The notes: generated from the letters alone by a model not told the origin. A DNA stretch of 64,000 nucleotides from an uncultured Spirochaetota bacterium (GCA_963820525.1 CAWGAA010000002.1:576001-640000); one strand, 5' to 3'; shown: positions 42,659 through 52,769, numbered from the stretch's first letter. Numbers and translations: made by a program.

Positions 42659-43061
42659 ACCTTCGCGAGATGAGCCAGACCGCCGAAAGGATCACCAGGT
42701 CGAGGGAGAGCTGCTGGAGCCAGACCAGGAAGTCGGGCTCGAAGATGTTGTTCATGAAGAACATATAGAAGATCCGTACCGCCCAGAAAATGAACACGCC
42801 GAGGGCCGATGCGTAGAGCAGCCGCGTCTTCATGCTCATGAAGAGGCCGAGGAGGAGAATGGCCCCTGAAACGAGGCAGAGGATCGAAATGAGGACGCTC
42901 AGGATGTCGTTTCTGCCCCCGAACACACGGATGACGGCGCGCCCGAACCTGCTGATGTCGGAGTTGTAGTACGCGATCCCGACGAGCCCCAGGAGAATGA
43001 AAAAGGCGGCCACGGCGACCTGCAGGAATATGAGCGAGCTGGGGAAATCTCTTTTCACCAT
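42651..43061 (-). CDS. Small integral membrane hypothetical protein
   Basis: Four hydrophobic segments; AAGGAG RBS. Confidence 0.75.
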   Translation of the reverse strand: MVKRDFPSSLIFLQVAVAAFFILLGLVGIAYYNSDISRFGRAVIRVFGGRNDILSVLISILCLVSGAILLLGLFMSMKTRLLYASALGVFIFWAVRIFYMFFMNNIFEPDFLVWLQQLSLDLVILSAVWLISRRYA

Positions 43062-43182
43062 AGGAACTCCTTCAGCGTGTAATGTTCGGGCACTATACCA
43101 TGGCGGCGGAGAGCCTCACAAGAAGCGTCCCGAGCGCGGCGGGTAGTCCCGCCGGCGGGCCATCCGCTATACTCTGCTCAGC

Positions 43183-44250
43183 ATGAGAAAAATCCTCATC
43201 GCCGCGAGCGTGATTGCAGCCTCGCTTTTCGCAGCCGGCTGCGCCACCGACGCGGGCTATATCTGGAAGGAGACGGGGCCCTTTCTCCAGTACAGCTTCG
43301 GCAGCCGCGACATCGATTCCCTGCTCAAGGATCCACACACGACCCTGGATGTGAGGGCGCTCCTTCTCGCCGTCAAGGACATCAAGCGCTTCGCGATCGA
43401 GAAGATCGGCCTGGCCGACAATGCGAACTACACCCGCTTCAAGGAGGTGGACCGGGACTACCTCGTGAGCGTCGTTCAGGCATGCGACTCCGTATCCTTC
43501 ACACCCTATCAGTGGAGCTACCCGTTTCTCGGCAGCCTTCCCTACCGGGGCTTCTATGATCCCGCGGACGCCGCGGCGGAAGGGGAACGGCTGAAGAAGG
43601 CGGGCTACGACGTCATTATGCGGAAGGTGGACGCGTTCAGCACCCTCGGTTTCTTCAAGGACCCGGTGTATTCCTTCATGGAGCGCTACTCGACGTACGA
43701 GCTTGCCAACCTCGTCATTCATGAGCAGACCCACGCGACGATATTCCTCAAGGACCAGCCCCAGTTCAATGAGGAGCTTGCCTCCTTTGTTGGAGACCAG
43801 GGGGCGCTGGAGTTCCTTCGTTTTACCTATGGCGCTGATTCCAGCCAACTGCGGGACGCCGTCCTCCTTCAGGCCGACTCCGAGCTCTTTCTCGACTTTC
43901 TGAAGGAATTGAAGGAGGCTCTCAATGCGGTCTACACGGGCCCCCTTTCGCGGGATGAAAAGCTCATCGAGAAGGGCGGGATAATCGCGGAGTACCAGAA
44001 GAGGTTCAGCGCGGAGTATCAGCCGCGCTTCGCCACCTCAGGGTACAGGGAGGCGAAGGACCTGCCGCTGAACAACGCGTACATCTCCCTCTATAACCTG
44101 TATACGGATGACATTCCGCTCCTCCGCCGCTATGAGCAGCAGAAATGCGGGGAGAGCCTTTCACTTTTCATGCGCCAGGTCAGGCAGCTGTCCCGGGCGC
44201 CGGGAGGCATGGCGCAGAAGCTCGCGAAGGAGCTTGACGGCGGTCCCTGA
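43183..44250 (+). CDS. Putative zinc aminopeptidase lipoprotein (DUF2265-like)
   Basis: Lipobox AAGC; PYRGF, AFSTLGFF.DP, HEQTH, FNEELA. Confidence 0.82.
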   Translation: MRKILIAASVIAASLFAAGCATDAGYIWKETGPFLQYSFGSRDIDSLLKDPHTTLDVRALLLAVKDIKRFAIEKIGLADNANYTRFKEVDRDYLVSVVQACDSVSFTPYQWSYPFLGSLPYRGFYDPADAAAEGERLKKAGYDVIMRKVDAFSTLGFFKDPVYSFMERYSTYELANLVIHEQTHATIFLKDQPQFNEELASFVGDQGALEFLRFTYGADSSQLRDAVLLQADSELFLDFLKELKEALNAVYTGPLSRDEKLIEKGGIIAEYQKRFSAEYQPRFATSGYREAKDLPLNNAYISLYNLYTDDIPLLRRYEQQKCGESLSLFMRQVRQLSRAPGGMAQKLAKELDGGP

Positions 44251-44406
44251 CCTACCTCTCCCGCGCGACCTTCTTCTCCACGAGGATCCAGGCCGACAGC
44301 GCTGCAAGGGCAGACAACCCTGCGCAGCTCACCATCACGGGACCCAGAAGCCGCGCATGAGACAATGTACTGACGTCTCAGTCCGTGCGGCCCGGGCGCG
44401 GGCGGA

Positions 44407-44790
44407 TCAGTGTCCGAGGTTCTCCCGCACCTTGTCGATGAGCACCCGCGGGTCCACCGGTTTTTCCAGGTACTCGTTCACGGGGAGGAAATCCGCGTCG
44501 CGTCGCTTGTCGAAGGAGAAGCCCGTCTTGGCCCCGACGCTGGTGACCATGATGATGGGGATGGTGGAAAGGTCCCCGTCCTGCTTCATCGAGTAGGACA
44601 CCTGGAAGCCCTCGTCGTCCGAGTTCATCATGACGTCGAGGATCACGAGGTCGGGTTTCTTCGCGCGCGCCTTCTCGAGGGCTTCCCTGCCGTTTGTCGC
44701 CCACTCGACGGCGTAGCCTTCGGACTGGAGAACGATCTTCATGGACTCGAAAACATCCCGGTCGTCGTCGACAATGAGTATGCTCTTCAT
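44407..44790 (-). CDS. Single-domain response regulator (receiver)
   Basis: LIVDDD, ILDVMM, IIMVTS, EKP. Confidence 0.9.
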   Translation of the reverse strand: MKSILIVDDDRDVFESMKIVLQSEGYAVEWATNGREALEKARAKKPDLVILDVMMNSDDEGFQVSYSMKQDGDLSTIPIIMVTSVGAKTGFSFDKRRDADFLPVNEYLEKPVDPRVLIDKVRENLGH

Positions 44791-45272
44791 GGCAGTTGTG
44801 AAACCTCCTCCTTGATTTTCAACATCATCTGTCCAACACGCGCCGTGAGGCTCGGGGAAAGTCCGAGCCCGGCGCCCACCTCGGCGGGCTGAATCCCCGC
44901 GATCTTCAAGCGGGAGGCCGAGCCGAGCTCGCGCACGAGCTCGAGGACCTCTGCCAGCGGCATGGTGTGGGCCGAGCGCTCGGCGGTGCCGGCGGCAAGG
45001 ACCGCTTCTTCCGGCGAGAAGAAGCGCAGCTCCCCCGGGGCCGCGCGCATCTCGGCTGCGTCCAGCAGCAGCGCCCGCGGGGCCTCCATGAGGCACGCGC
45101 CTGCAAGGAGCGGGTCCGCGCCCGCCACGATGAGCTCGATCGCTTCCGGGTGGGCCGGCCTCCACGCGCCGCTTTCCAGCTCTTCTCGAAGCTTCTCCAC
45201 GAGGATCACTCCGATCGCGTCGTCCCCCATGTCGGCGTTTCCCATGCCGATGATGGCAAGCTTCTCCGCCAC
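44787..45272 (-). CDS. Hydrogenase maturation protease
   Basis: GMGN..MGDDAIG, LLDAA, SAHTMPL, GIQP. Confidence 0.9.
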   Translation of the reverse strand: MAEKLAIIGMGNADMGDDAIGVILVEKLREELESGAWRPAHPEAIELIVAGADPLLAGACLMEAPRALLLDAAEMRAAPGELRFFSPEEAVLAAGTAERSAHTMPLAEVLELVRELGSASRLKIAGIQPAEVGAGLGLSPSLTARVGQMMLKIKEEVSQLP

Positions 45273-45281
45273 GGCCTCTCC

Positions 45282-46598
45282 CTATTCGCGGAACTCCACG
45301 TCGAGGAAGTGCACGGAGCAGGAGATGCACGGATCGTAGGCGCGAACCAGCATCTCGAGGGTGAGGGTCATCTGCTCCCTGCTCATTGCCTTACCGATCA
45401 TCCAGGGCACCAGCTCCTTCATGTCGTCGTCGATGTTCTGCGTGTTCTGGGTGGTTGGGATGATGCAGTTGGCCTTCACCACCTGGCCTCGGTTGTCGTA
45501 GGTATAGTCGTGGAAGAGAATGCCGCGGGGAACCTCCGTTGCCTCGACACCCCTGCCTTCGCGAAGTCTGGCCGGAACAACGGGCTTCTCGTCCTTGATG
45601 CCGCGGCTCAGCATTCTATCGAGGAGCTTCAGAGACTCCTCCACCACATGCACGGTCTCCACGAGCTGCGCCGCCGTGTTGAGGAAGGGGTTCTTCACAA
45701 TGGGCTTCAGCCCCAGCTCGTCGGCCACGGCCCGGGCCATGGGGTTCAGCTTGTCGAAGTTGTTGTTCAGCCTGCCCAGGGCCCCGACGAAGTACGATGA
45801 GCGTGAGTGTTTGCAGTGCTTGGAGGTGGAGTGGGGCACGACAAACTCGTTGGTTATGCCGAGGTAGTCGTCCACGGGCGAGAGGCCCGTGTCCGTGGAG
45901 GCGATCTTCCCGTCGTAGAAGGCGTATTCCCCCTCGTCGCGAAGCCCGATGTACTCGGTCTCCCGGTTGAAGTCGGGGAACTTGGGCAGGAGGCTCTTCA
46001 CGAGCGCCAGGGACGCCTTCGCATCAGGGACCATCTGTTTCTCGAGCATCTCCTTGATCCACGTGAGGTCTTCGATGCTGGGAAGCTTCGTGAACCCGCC
46101 CGGAACCAGGCGGTTGGGATGGATGGTCCTTCCGCCCAGCTTGTCGCAGATATCGTTGGAGAGCTTCTTCATCCGAAGGGCCATCTTGACGGCGTCGGGA
46201 TGGCTCTTGGCGAGCGGGACGACGGAGGGAACTCCCAGGAGATCCGGGGCGGCCAGGAAGTAGATGTGGAGCACGTGGCTCTGCATCGTGGCCCCATAGG
46301 TCAGGAGCTTTCGGAGCAGGACCGTCTGCTCGCTCACGGCGATGTCCAGAGCCTTCTCCGTGGCCTTGAGCGATGTCAGCTGGTGGCCCACCGAGCAGAT
46401 CCCGCAGATCCGCGAGGTGATCAGGGCGATATCCGTGTAGGGGTAGCCCTTGATCATCGCCTCGAAGTAGCGGGGCGGCTCCACCACCTCGAGGTGGGAG
46501 CGCACGAGCTTTCCCTCCCGCATGTCGATCACGATGTTGCCGTGACCCTCCACGCGCGTGACGTAGGGGACCGTTATAGTGAGCGAAAGATCATTCAT
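45282..46598 (-). CDS. Group 3b [NiFe]-hydrogenase large (alpha) subunit
   Basis: RVEGHG, L1 RICGIC, L2 RAYDPCISCSVH with a short cleavable tail. Confidence 0.92.
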   Translation of the reverse strand: MNDLSLTITVPYVTRVEGHGNIVIDMREGKLVRSHLEVVEPPRYFEAMIKGYPYTDIALITSRICGICSVGHQLTSLKATEKALDIAVSEQTVLLRKLLTYGATMQSHVLHIYFLAAPDLLGVPSVVPLAKSHPDAVKMALRMKKLSNDICDKLGGRTIHPNRLVPGGFTKLPSIEDLTWIKEMLEKQMVPDAKASLALVKSLLPKFPDFNRETEYIGLRDEGEYAFYDGKIASTDTGLSPVDDYLGITNEFVVPHSTSKHCKHSRSSYFVGALGRLNNNFDKLNPMARAVADELGLKPIVKNPFLNTAAQLVETVHVVEESLKLLDRMLSRGIKDEKPVVPARLREGRGVEATEVPRGILFHDYTYDNRGQVVKANCIIPTTQNTQNIDDDMKELVPWMIGKAMSREQMTLTLEMLVRAYDPCISCSVHFLDVEFRE

Positions 46599-47346
46599 CG
46601 CGATTCTCCTCCACCTCGACGTAGTTGGAGTTGAACATGTAGAACCTGTTCCTGATCTGGTGCATGGAAAGCTTGTGCTTCTCCATCACGTCCCGGGCCG
46701 CGTTCTTGTTCAGGTCGAGAACGAGCCCCCGGCAGCCGAAGCAGAAGGCGCCGTTTGACGGGCAGGCGGCGTTGCAGCCGGCACGCGTAACGGGGCCCAT
46801 GCAGACGATGCCGGAGTCGAAGAGGCACTCGTTCTCCTGCGCCTTGCACTCCACGCACACCGCGTGCTCGGGGATCACGGGCTGTTTTCCCGTGAGGATG
46901 GCGGAAAGAATCCGCTTGAACTCCTGGTTGTCCATGGGACAGCCGGGAACGAAGTAGTCCACCTTGACCACGTCGGAGAGGGCCTGCGCCTTGATCGAGG
47001 GGAAGAGGTACTTGTCCTTGCCGTATACCTCCTCCTTCACCGCGTCGATGTTCATGCGGTTCCTGATGGCGTTGACCCCGCCCGTGCAGGCGCACGCGCC
47101 CAGGGCCACCAGCACGGCGGCTTGCCGCCTGATCTTGTGGATCCTCTCCACGCAGTGGGGGGTGCTGATGGAGCCTTCCACGAAGGCGATCTCGTAATCC
47201 TCTCTGCGGTCGGAGATGGCCTCGCGGAAGTTGACAAGCTCTACAAGCTCGAGGATTCCCAGGATGTCGTCCTCGAGGTTGAGCTTGGAGAGCTGGCAGC
47301 CCTCGCAGCTCGTGAAATCGAAGAAGGCTACCTTCGGCTTGCTCAT
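46591..47346 (-). CDS. [NiFe]-hydrogenase small (delta) subunit
   Basis: TSCEGC, EGS, GACA..GG, PGCP, CMGPVTRAGC..ACP....CFGCRG. Confidence 0.9.
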   Translation of the reverse strand: MSKPKVAFFDFTSCEGCQLSKLNLEDDILGILELVELVNFREAISDRREDYEIAFVEGSISTPHCVERIHKIRRQAAVLVALGACACTGGVNAIRNRMNIDAVKEEVYGKDKYLFPSIKAQALSDVVKVDYFVPGCPMDNQEFKRILSAILTGKQPVIPEHAVCVECKAQENECLFDSGIVCMGPVTRAGCNAACPSNGAFCFGCRGLVLDLNKNAARDVMEKHKLSMHQIRNRFYMFNSNYVEVEENRDE

Positions 47347-48176
47347 CGGATGGCCTCCTTGAGGTCCTTGATTTTGGCGTAGTTGAACACGGGGCCGTCC
47401 TGGCAGACGTACACGTTGTTGATCTGGCAGTGGCCGCATTTTCCCGCCCCGCACTTCATCTTGCGCTCGAGGGAGACCCAGATCTGCTCGTCGCGGATTC
47501 CCTTGGAGCGGAGCGCCAGGATGGCGAACTTGTAGACGACGGGGGGGCCGCAGATGACGGCCACGGTCTTTGCCAGGTCCAGCTTGAGATCGGGGATCAG
47601 GGTCGTGATGACTCCCACGTGCCCCTCCCACCCGTTGACACCGCGGTCAACGGTCACCGCGTACTCTATGTCTTTTCTGGTTTCCCAACCCTTGCGTTCC
47701 TTGTCGAAGAGGAGCTCCGCCGGGGTCTTGGCTCCATAGAGGATGATGACCCGGCCGTAGCGCTTCCTCTGCTTGGCGTCGATGAGGGAGTTTATCAGGG
47801 AGCGAAGGGGGACCATCCCGATTCCCGCTCCGATCACGATCACATCCTTGCCCTCGAACTCGGAAAGCGGGAAGCCCTTCCCGAACGGCCCGCGGATGCC
47901 GACCTTCTCTCCCGCCCTCATGCCGTGCATGACCGCGGTGAGGTTTCCCACCCGCCTGACGACCATCTCGAAGCTCCCCTTCTTCAGGGGAGAGGAGGAG
48001 ACGGAGATTGGCGCCTCCCCGACGCCGAAGATCGATACTTCCACGAATTGCCCCGGCACGTGTCCCAGGTCACGCCCGCCGGGCATCTTCACCTCGAAGA
48101 AAGACTCCAGCTCCGTGAGCTTCTCCACCTTCGACAATTCCGCCATCTCGGGAACGTATATCGACTGCATCTCCAT
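47343..48176 (-). CDS. Sulfhydrogenase gamma subunit (FAD/NAD(P)-binding, 2Fe-2S)
   Basis: GEAPIS, RGPFG, GAGIG..P, CGPP, MKCGAGKCGHC, CQDGPVF. Confidence 0.9.
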   Translation of the reverse strand: MEMQSIYVPEMAELSKVEKLTELESFFEVKMPGGRDLGHVPGQFVEVSIFGVGEAPISVSSSPLKKGSFEMVVRRVGNLTAVMHGMRAGEKVGIRGPFGKGFPLSEFEGKDVIVIGAGIGMVPLRSLINSLIDAKQRKRYGRVIILYGAKTPAELLFDKERKGWETRKDIEYAVTVDRGVNGWEGHVGVITTLIPDLKLDLAKTVAVICGPPVVYKFAILALRSKGIRDEQIWVSLERKMKCGAGKCGHCQINNVYVCQDGPVFNYAKIKDLKEAIR

Positions 48177-48185
48177 GTCTTTCTC

Positions 48186-49175
48186 CTACAGAAGGGCGTT
48201 CATCACGTCCGCGATGTTGATACCGGCCGTGCACTGGCGCACGCAGCGGCCGCAGCCGACGCAGAAGGGGCGGCCCTTCTCGTCCATGATATAGGCGAAC
48301 TTGCGCGACATCCTGTGCCGCACCCGGTCGTTCCTCTTCTCGCGGAAGGCCTCGCCGCCCGCCACCGTGGTGAAGGAGAGAAACTGGCAGGAATCCCACT
48401 TGCGCAGCCGCACGCCCTCGGCGCCGCCGAGGACCGTCTGATCGTCGACGTCGAAGCAGTAACAGGTGGGACAGACGATGTTGCAGGTGCCGCAGGAGTA
48501 GCACTTGCGGGCCGTTTCCTGCCAGACAGGGCTTGCGTAAGCCCCGTGGAAGACCTCGCGAATGCCCGCGACGGACTGCTTGAGCTTGTTCTTGAAATGG
48601 ACCACGGGGTCGCCCCCGCATTCGCGGTCTATCAGGATGGGGGAAAGCAGTCCCGCAATAGCGCTTCCCTTGTCCGTCAAGGCCTCGACCCGGTAATGCC
48701 CGTCGAACCGCGTGAGAAACACGTCGAAGCCCTCTTTGAAGCTGGCGGGAATCCCCACCGAGTCGGCGAAATGGTACTCGTCGGGCTCGTAGCTCACCCC
48801 GACGAACACGGCGTTTTCCCTTTTTTTCAGGTAGGTCTGATCGGGCACACCGCTTTTGAACGCGTAGTCCAGCCTGAAGAGGCCTTGAAGCTCGTAGTTG
48901 TGCACGCCGAAGAAAAGAGTCGGCTGGCTCTTGATTTCAGGAGCGCTCGCCTTCTGGGTCTCCCTGTTGTAGCTCAGGATCACATCATTGGGGAGGAAGA
49001 ATTTCTTCAGCGGAAGGATTGTGGTGGTATAGTCGATGACCACCTCGCCTGGATCCTGGATCGCGGCGAAGACGAAGCTTTTCCCCTTGGCGATGGGGGC
49101 GATAACGGAAAACTTTCTCTGCAATAATGAGACAGCATCAGGGAGCTTCTCCCTGGGGATAGCCTTTTGCACCAT
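48186..49175 (-). CDS. Sulfhydrogenase beta subunit (4Fe-4S dicluster, AsrA-like)
   Basis: CYSCGTC..VCPTCYC, WDSC, CVGCGRC..QC. Confidence 0.88.
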   Translation of the reverse strand: MVQKAIPREKLPDAVSLLQRKFSVIAPIAKGKSFVFAAIQDPGEVVIDYTTTILPLKKFFLPNDVILSYNRETQKASAPEIKSQPTLFFGVHNYELQGLFRLDYAFKSGVPDQTYLKKRENAVFVGVSYEPDEYHFADSVGIPASFKEGFDVFLTRFDGHYRVEALTDKGSAIAGLLSPILIDRECGGDPVVHFKNKLKQSVAGIREVFHGAYASPVWQETARKCYSCGTCNIVCPTCYCFDVDDQTVLGGAEGVRLRKWDSCQFLSFTTVAGGEAFREKRNDRVRHRMSRKFAYIMDEKGRPFCVGCGRCVRQCTAGINIADVMNALL

Positions 49176-49241
49176 GGGCCGCCTCCTCGGTGGATTTACG
49201 GTAGAGCATATACCACCATAGATGATTATTCCTGTCAAGAT

Positions 49242-49261
49242 ATCGTGCATGAAGGCACGAT
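49242..49261. promoter_or_regulatory. Palindromic site upstream of the hydrogenase operon (Rex- or CRP/FNR-like spacing)
   Basis: ATCGTGC-N6-GCACGAT (GTG-N8-CAC) next to a minus-strand TTGACA at 49238-49233. Confidence 0.5.
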
Positions 49262-49350
49262 TCATGGCCTCAATCGTGTCTCCCTGTTCGAGAAAACCAC
49301 ATCATTCGGGCTTGAATTCGCGTGAATATCTCTGCTAATATCCGCTCGCG

Positions 49351-50028
49351 ATGGCTCTCTTCCTCGTCTTTTCGATTCCTCTTTTCTGCCTTTTCGTGGC
49401 CATGCTCTCCTGGGACCCTATGAGCGCTCCCCGCAAGTTATCGCTTCTCTCCGTGTTCTTCTGGGGGCTTCTCTGCTTCATCCCCGGCGCCTTGATCCTG
49501 GCTGTCCTAAAGGCAATCGTCGGGTCGCCGCTGACGGGGCTGCCTCTATACCTCTCGCTTCTCCTGCGGGATCACCTGGCCCCCCTCCTTCTTGCCGTGG
49601 GGGCATTCATCCTCGTGCAGAGAAAGCTCGACTTTCCCGCGGCTCTGGAGGGGATTTTCCTCACCGCTTTCGTCTTTCTCTGCGGTTTCTATTCCCTGTT
49701 CGGCCTGGCGATCTTCATCAGGCTCTTCGGTCACTGGGATGTCTCGGACCTTTTCCTGCTGCCCCTGCTGCGGATCGCGGCGATCCTTCTGGTGTCGATG
49801 GGCGCCTCGCGCTTCTATCGCTGGCAGGGCAGGTCTGCTGCCGCGTACCTGGGAGTCGCGGCCGGCTTATGCCTTCCGCTGGCGCTGATCGGCTGGCTGT
49901 ACGGCGTAAACTTCAGGTGGATTTCGACGGTGTGCGTGATTGCAGCGTTCTGCACCGCCGCCGCGGTGTTCATCGGGCGTTTTCCTCGGGCCCTCGGAAT
50001 CGGGCGTCACGCGCCGGAGAGGCTCTAG
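49351..50028 (+). CDS. Hypothetical integral membrane protein
   Basis: About 7 hydrophobic segments. Confidence 0.7.
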   Translation: MALFLVFSIPLFCLFVAMLSWDPMSAPRKLSLLSVFFWGLLCFIPGALILAVLKAIVGSPLTGLPLYLSLLLRDHLAPLLLAVGAFILVQRKLDFPAALEGIFLTAFVFLCGFYSLFGLAIFIRLFGHWDVSDLFLLPLLRIAAILLVSMGASRFYRWQGRSAAAYLGVAAGLCLPLALIGWLYGVNFRWISTVCVIAAFCTAAAVFIGRFPRALGIGRHAPERL

Positions 50029-50073
50029 AACCCCGGCCCCGCGCCGGGCCCTGCGGGCTCCCCGCCCACGCTT

Positions 50074-50667
50074 CTATGTTTCCCGGGAGAGCAGTCCCTT
50101 TGCAATGAGATCGACGAGGGTGGGAGTGTCGATGAGGTACTCGGGGCCGTTGGCCTTTCGAAAGATCCCCGGGTCCGTGGACAGCACCGAAACGATGGTG
50201 TAGTAGACCAGAAGCGCGCTCTTGCCGATGTCCAGCTCCGGGGAGAAGATGCCTTCCTCCGCCCCCTGCTCGAGGATGGAGCGCACGGTTTCCACTCCTT
50301 CGAAGAAGAAGTCCTTGCTATAGCGGGATTGCAGCCACTTGGTTATCAGATCGTTGGCCGGCCTGTACAGGTCCCGATAGATGGGGTAGGTGTCGAGGAA
50401 CCAGGAGAAGGTGGTCACGTACGACTCGAGCTTCTCCATGGCGTTGGTGGCGCTTTTCTCCTTCATGCTGATCTGATAGTGGAACTCGTTGTATGTCTCC
50501 AGCATGACGGAGAAGAAGAGCTCCTCTTTGTTCTTGAAATAGTTGTAAAAGGTCGGCTTCGAGATGCCGATCTCCGCGATCAGCTGGGAGAGGGACGCTT
50601 TTCTGTAGCCGTACCTGTGGAAATATTCGCGCGCCTTTTCGAGGGCTTTTTCCTTTTTTTCTTCCAT
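50074..50667 (-). CDS. TetR/AcrR-family regulator
   Basis: GY..ASL..LIAEIGISKPTFYNYFKNKEEL. Confidence 0.92.
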   Translation of the reverse strand: MEEKKEKALEKAREYFHRYGYRKASLSQLIAEIGISKPTFYNYFKNKEELFFSVMLETYNEFHYQISMKEKSATNAMEKLESYVTTFSWFLDTYPIYRDLYRPANDLITKWLQSRYSKDFFFEGVETVRSILEQGAEEGIFSPELDIGKSALLVYYTIVSVLSTDPGIFRKANGPEYLIDTPTLVDLIAKGLLSRET

Positions 50668-50683
50668 TCCATTCCAATCAGAC

Positions 50684-50706
50684 AGACCCGCCCCGCGGGC
50701 GGGTCT
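50684..50706. other. Stem-loop between fba and tetR
   Basis: agacccgccc-cgc-gggcgggtct. Confidence 0.55.
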
Positions 50707-50725
50707 CGAGCATACGCCGGGTCCT

Positions 50726-51697
50726 CTATGCCTGGCCAGCGCTTCCCAGCACGTCCTTGTTCTTGCGGATGATGAGCTTCTTCAGCTCCTCGCGAGCGGG
50801 TCCCAGGTACTTGCGCGGATCGAACTCTCCCGGATTCTCGCCGAAGACCTTGCGGATCATCGCCGTCATCACGAGCCTGCCGTCCGAATCGATGTTGATC
50901 TTGCACACGGCCGAGCGGGCGGCCTTTCGAAGCTGTTCCTCGGGGATCCCGATTGCCCCCTCCATCTTGCCGCCGTACTTGTTGATGATCTCCACGTATT
51001 CCTGCACGACGGATGAGGCCCCGTGGAGCACGATGGGGAACCCCGGAATCCTCCGCTCGACCTCCTCCAGGATGTCGAAGCGCAGCGTGGGGGGAGGGTC
51101 TCCCGGCTTCACCTTGAACTTGTAGGCGCCGTGGGAGGTCCCGATGGAGATGGCGAGGCTGTCCACTCCCGTCTTTTTCACGAAGTCTTCCACGTCTTCG
51201 GGATTCGTATAATGCGACTTCTCTGCGTGGACCTCGTCTTCGATGCCGGCCAGCACGCCCAGCTCGCCCTCCACGGTGACGTCGTGTTTATGCGCGAAAT
51301 CGACCACCTTCTTGGTGAGCTCCACGTTCTTCTCGTAGGGGTGGGCGGAGCCGTCGATCATGACCGAGGAGAAGCCGGACTCCACGCAGGAGACGACCAG
51401 CTCGTAGGAGTCGCCGTGGTCGAGATGGAGAGCCACGGGGATGGGAGTCCCCGATGCCTTGATCATCTCCATGGCGCCCTGGGCCATATAGCGAAGGAGC
51501 ACCTGGTTCGCGTACTGGCGGGCCCCTTTTGAAATCTGAAGGATCACGGGAGACTTGCTTTCGAGACAGCCCGAAATGATGGCCTGGAGCTGCTCCATGT
51601 TATTGAAATTGTACGCGGGGATCGCGTACTTGCCTTTCATGGCTTTCTTGAACATTTCCCTGGTATTTACGAGCCCGAGCTCTTTATATGAAACCAT
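50726..51697 (-). CDS. fba: Fructose-bisphosphate aldolase class II
   Basis: LHLDHG, SVMIDGS, VEGELG, GTSHG, VLHGAS, KINIDSD, FDPRKYL. Confidence 0.95.
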   Translation of the reverse strand: MVSYKELGLVNTREMFKKAMKGKYAIPAYNFNNMEQLQAIISGCLESKSPVILQISKGARQYANQVLLRYMAQGAMEMIKASGTPIPVALHLDHGDSYELVVSCVESGFSSVMIDGSAHPYEKNVELTKKVVDFAHKHDVTVEGELGVLAGIEDEVHAEKSHYTNPEDVEDFVKKTGVDSLAISIGTSHGAYKFKVKPGDPPPTLRFDILEEVERRIPGFPIVLHGASSVVQEYVEIINKYGGKMEGAIGIPEEQLRKAARSAVCKINIDSDGRLVMTAMIRKVFGENPGEFDPRKYLGPAREELKKLIIRKNKDVLGSAGQA

Positions 51698-51766
51698 TCC
51701 CTTTCCTCCTGAACTATGGACTAATATGGATTGATCGGGATACAGTGTCAAGCCGGGTCACTTTGC

Positions 51767-52738
51767 ATGAGGCTCCCACGCCTGATATTTTTCGCGCTCT
51801 GCTCCCTTTGCCTGGCCGCGTGCTTGCCGCGCGCGATGCTGCTCTACGTTTCCGATCCCTATTGGAAGTCCATCGGCGGGAGCCAGCGCATGGAGCGCGC
51901 CCTCTCCGCGGCCGCTGAAACCCATCGCCTGCGCCTGCGTCTCGTCGTCACCGCCGCTTTCGATCCCGTTTCCGAGCGGCTGCCGAAGGAGCTTGCCCTC
52001 ACGGGAGCCGGCGTCGCCGTCATCGGGCCCCTGTTCTCCCAGGAGGCGGCGGGCATTGTCTCTTCGTATCCCTCCATCTCCTTCATCCTGATGGGCGGTC
52101 CCGCCGAGAGCTCGGCAGACGAGAACGTCATCAGCCTCCGCTTCGACAGGAGGGATGCCTTTCATACCATGGGCTTCGCGGTCGGGATCTCTCTCTCCCG
52201 GGAGCCGCACAGCGGCGCGAAGGCGGGTGTCCTCCTCCCTTCCTCCGCCGTGGGAGAAGACCCGGAGGTGAGCGCGTTCTCCCTCGGGTTGGCCGAATCT
52301 GCGGCTGGGCAGACGCCCGTGATCCGCGCGCTCGCGGATCCCGTCGACAGGGCAGCCGTGCAGAAAGCCGTCCAGGAGATGCGGGCCCAGGGAGTGGCGT
52401 ACTTCCTGCCCAAGCTGGGCGAGCTCAACCCTTCCTGCCTCGAAGCGCTGAAATCCGCCGGCGGGTGCGCAGTCACCGAAGAGTGGCAGAACTCCGGCGC
52501 CTTTGCCCAGCAGGTCTTCCTCTCGGCGGAGGACGACATTTCCGGCGGGATCGCCGCCTGCCTGGCTCAAATCGGCAAAGACACGAAGGTGGTCTATGGT
52601 CCAGTTCGAATCTTCTGCGGCAGAGCGCGGCCGGTGCCCAGCGAGGTGGCCGCGGCGGTTTCCTGCCCCAGGTCAGGGGAAAAATGTTTGACAAAGGGGG
52701 GTGCGGGAAATATAATTCGAAATGATTCATTAAGTTGA
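51767..52738 (+). CDS. Putative lipoprotein with periplasmic-binding (BMP-like) fold
   Basis: Lipobox LAAC; alternating alpha/beta pattern; F.R..A...G motif. Confidence 0.55.
   Translation: MRLPRLIFFALCSLCLAACLPRAMLLYVSDPYWKSIGGSQRMERALSAAAETHRLRLRLVVTAAFDPVSERLPKELALTGAGVAVIGPLFSQEAAGIVSSYPSISFILMGGPAESSADENVISLRFDRRDAFHTMGFAVGISLSREPHSGAKAGVLLPSSAVGEDPEVSAFSLGLAESAAGQTPVIRALADPVDRAAVQKAVQEMRAQGVAYFLPKLGELNPSCLEALKSAGGCAVTEEWQNSGAFAQQVFLSAEDDISGGIAACLAQIGKDTKVVYGPVRIFCGRARPVPSEVAAAVSCPRSGEKCLTKGGAGNIIRNDSLS
52688..52716 (+). promoter_or_regulatory. Consensus sigma70 promoter for flaA
   Basis: TTGACA-17 nt-TATAAT inside the 3' end of the upstream ORF. Confidence 0.8.
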
Positions 52739-52769
52739 GAGAATTCCGCTATCGGCAAAGGAGAAGCGC

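Noticed and set aside
45282..46598. Selenocysteine-containing hydrogenase
   Set aside because: The L2 motif is DPCISC with normal Cys codons and there is no in-frame TGA.
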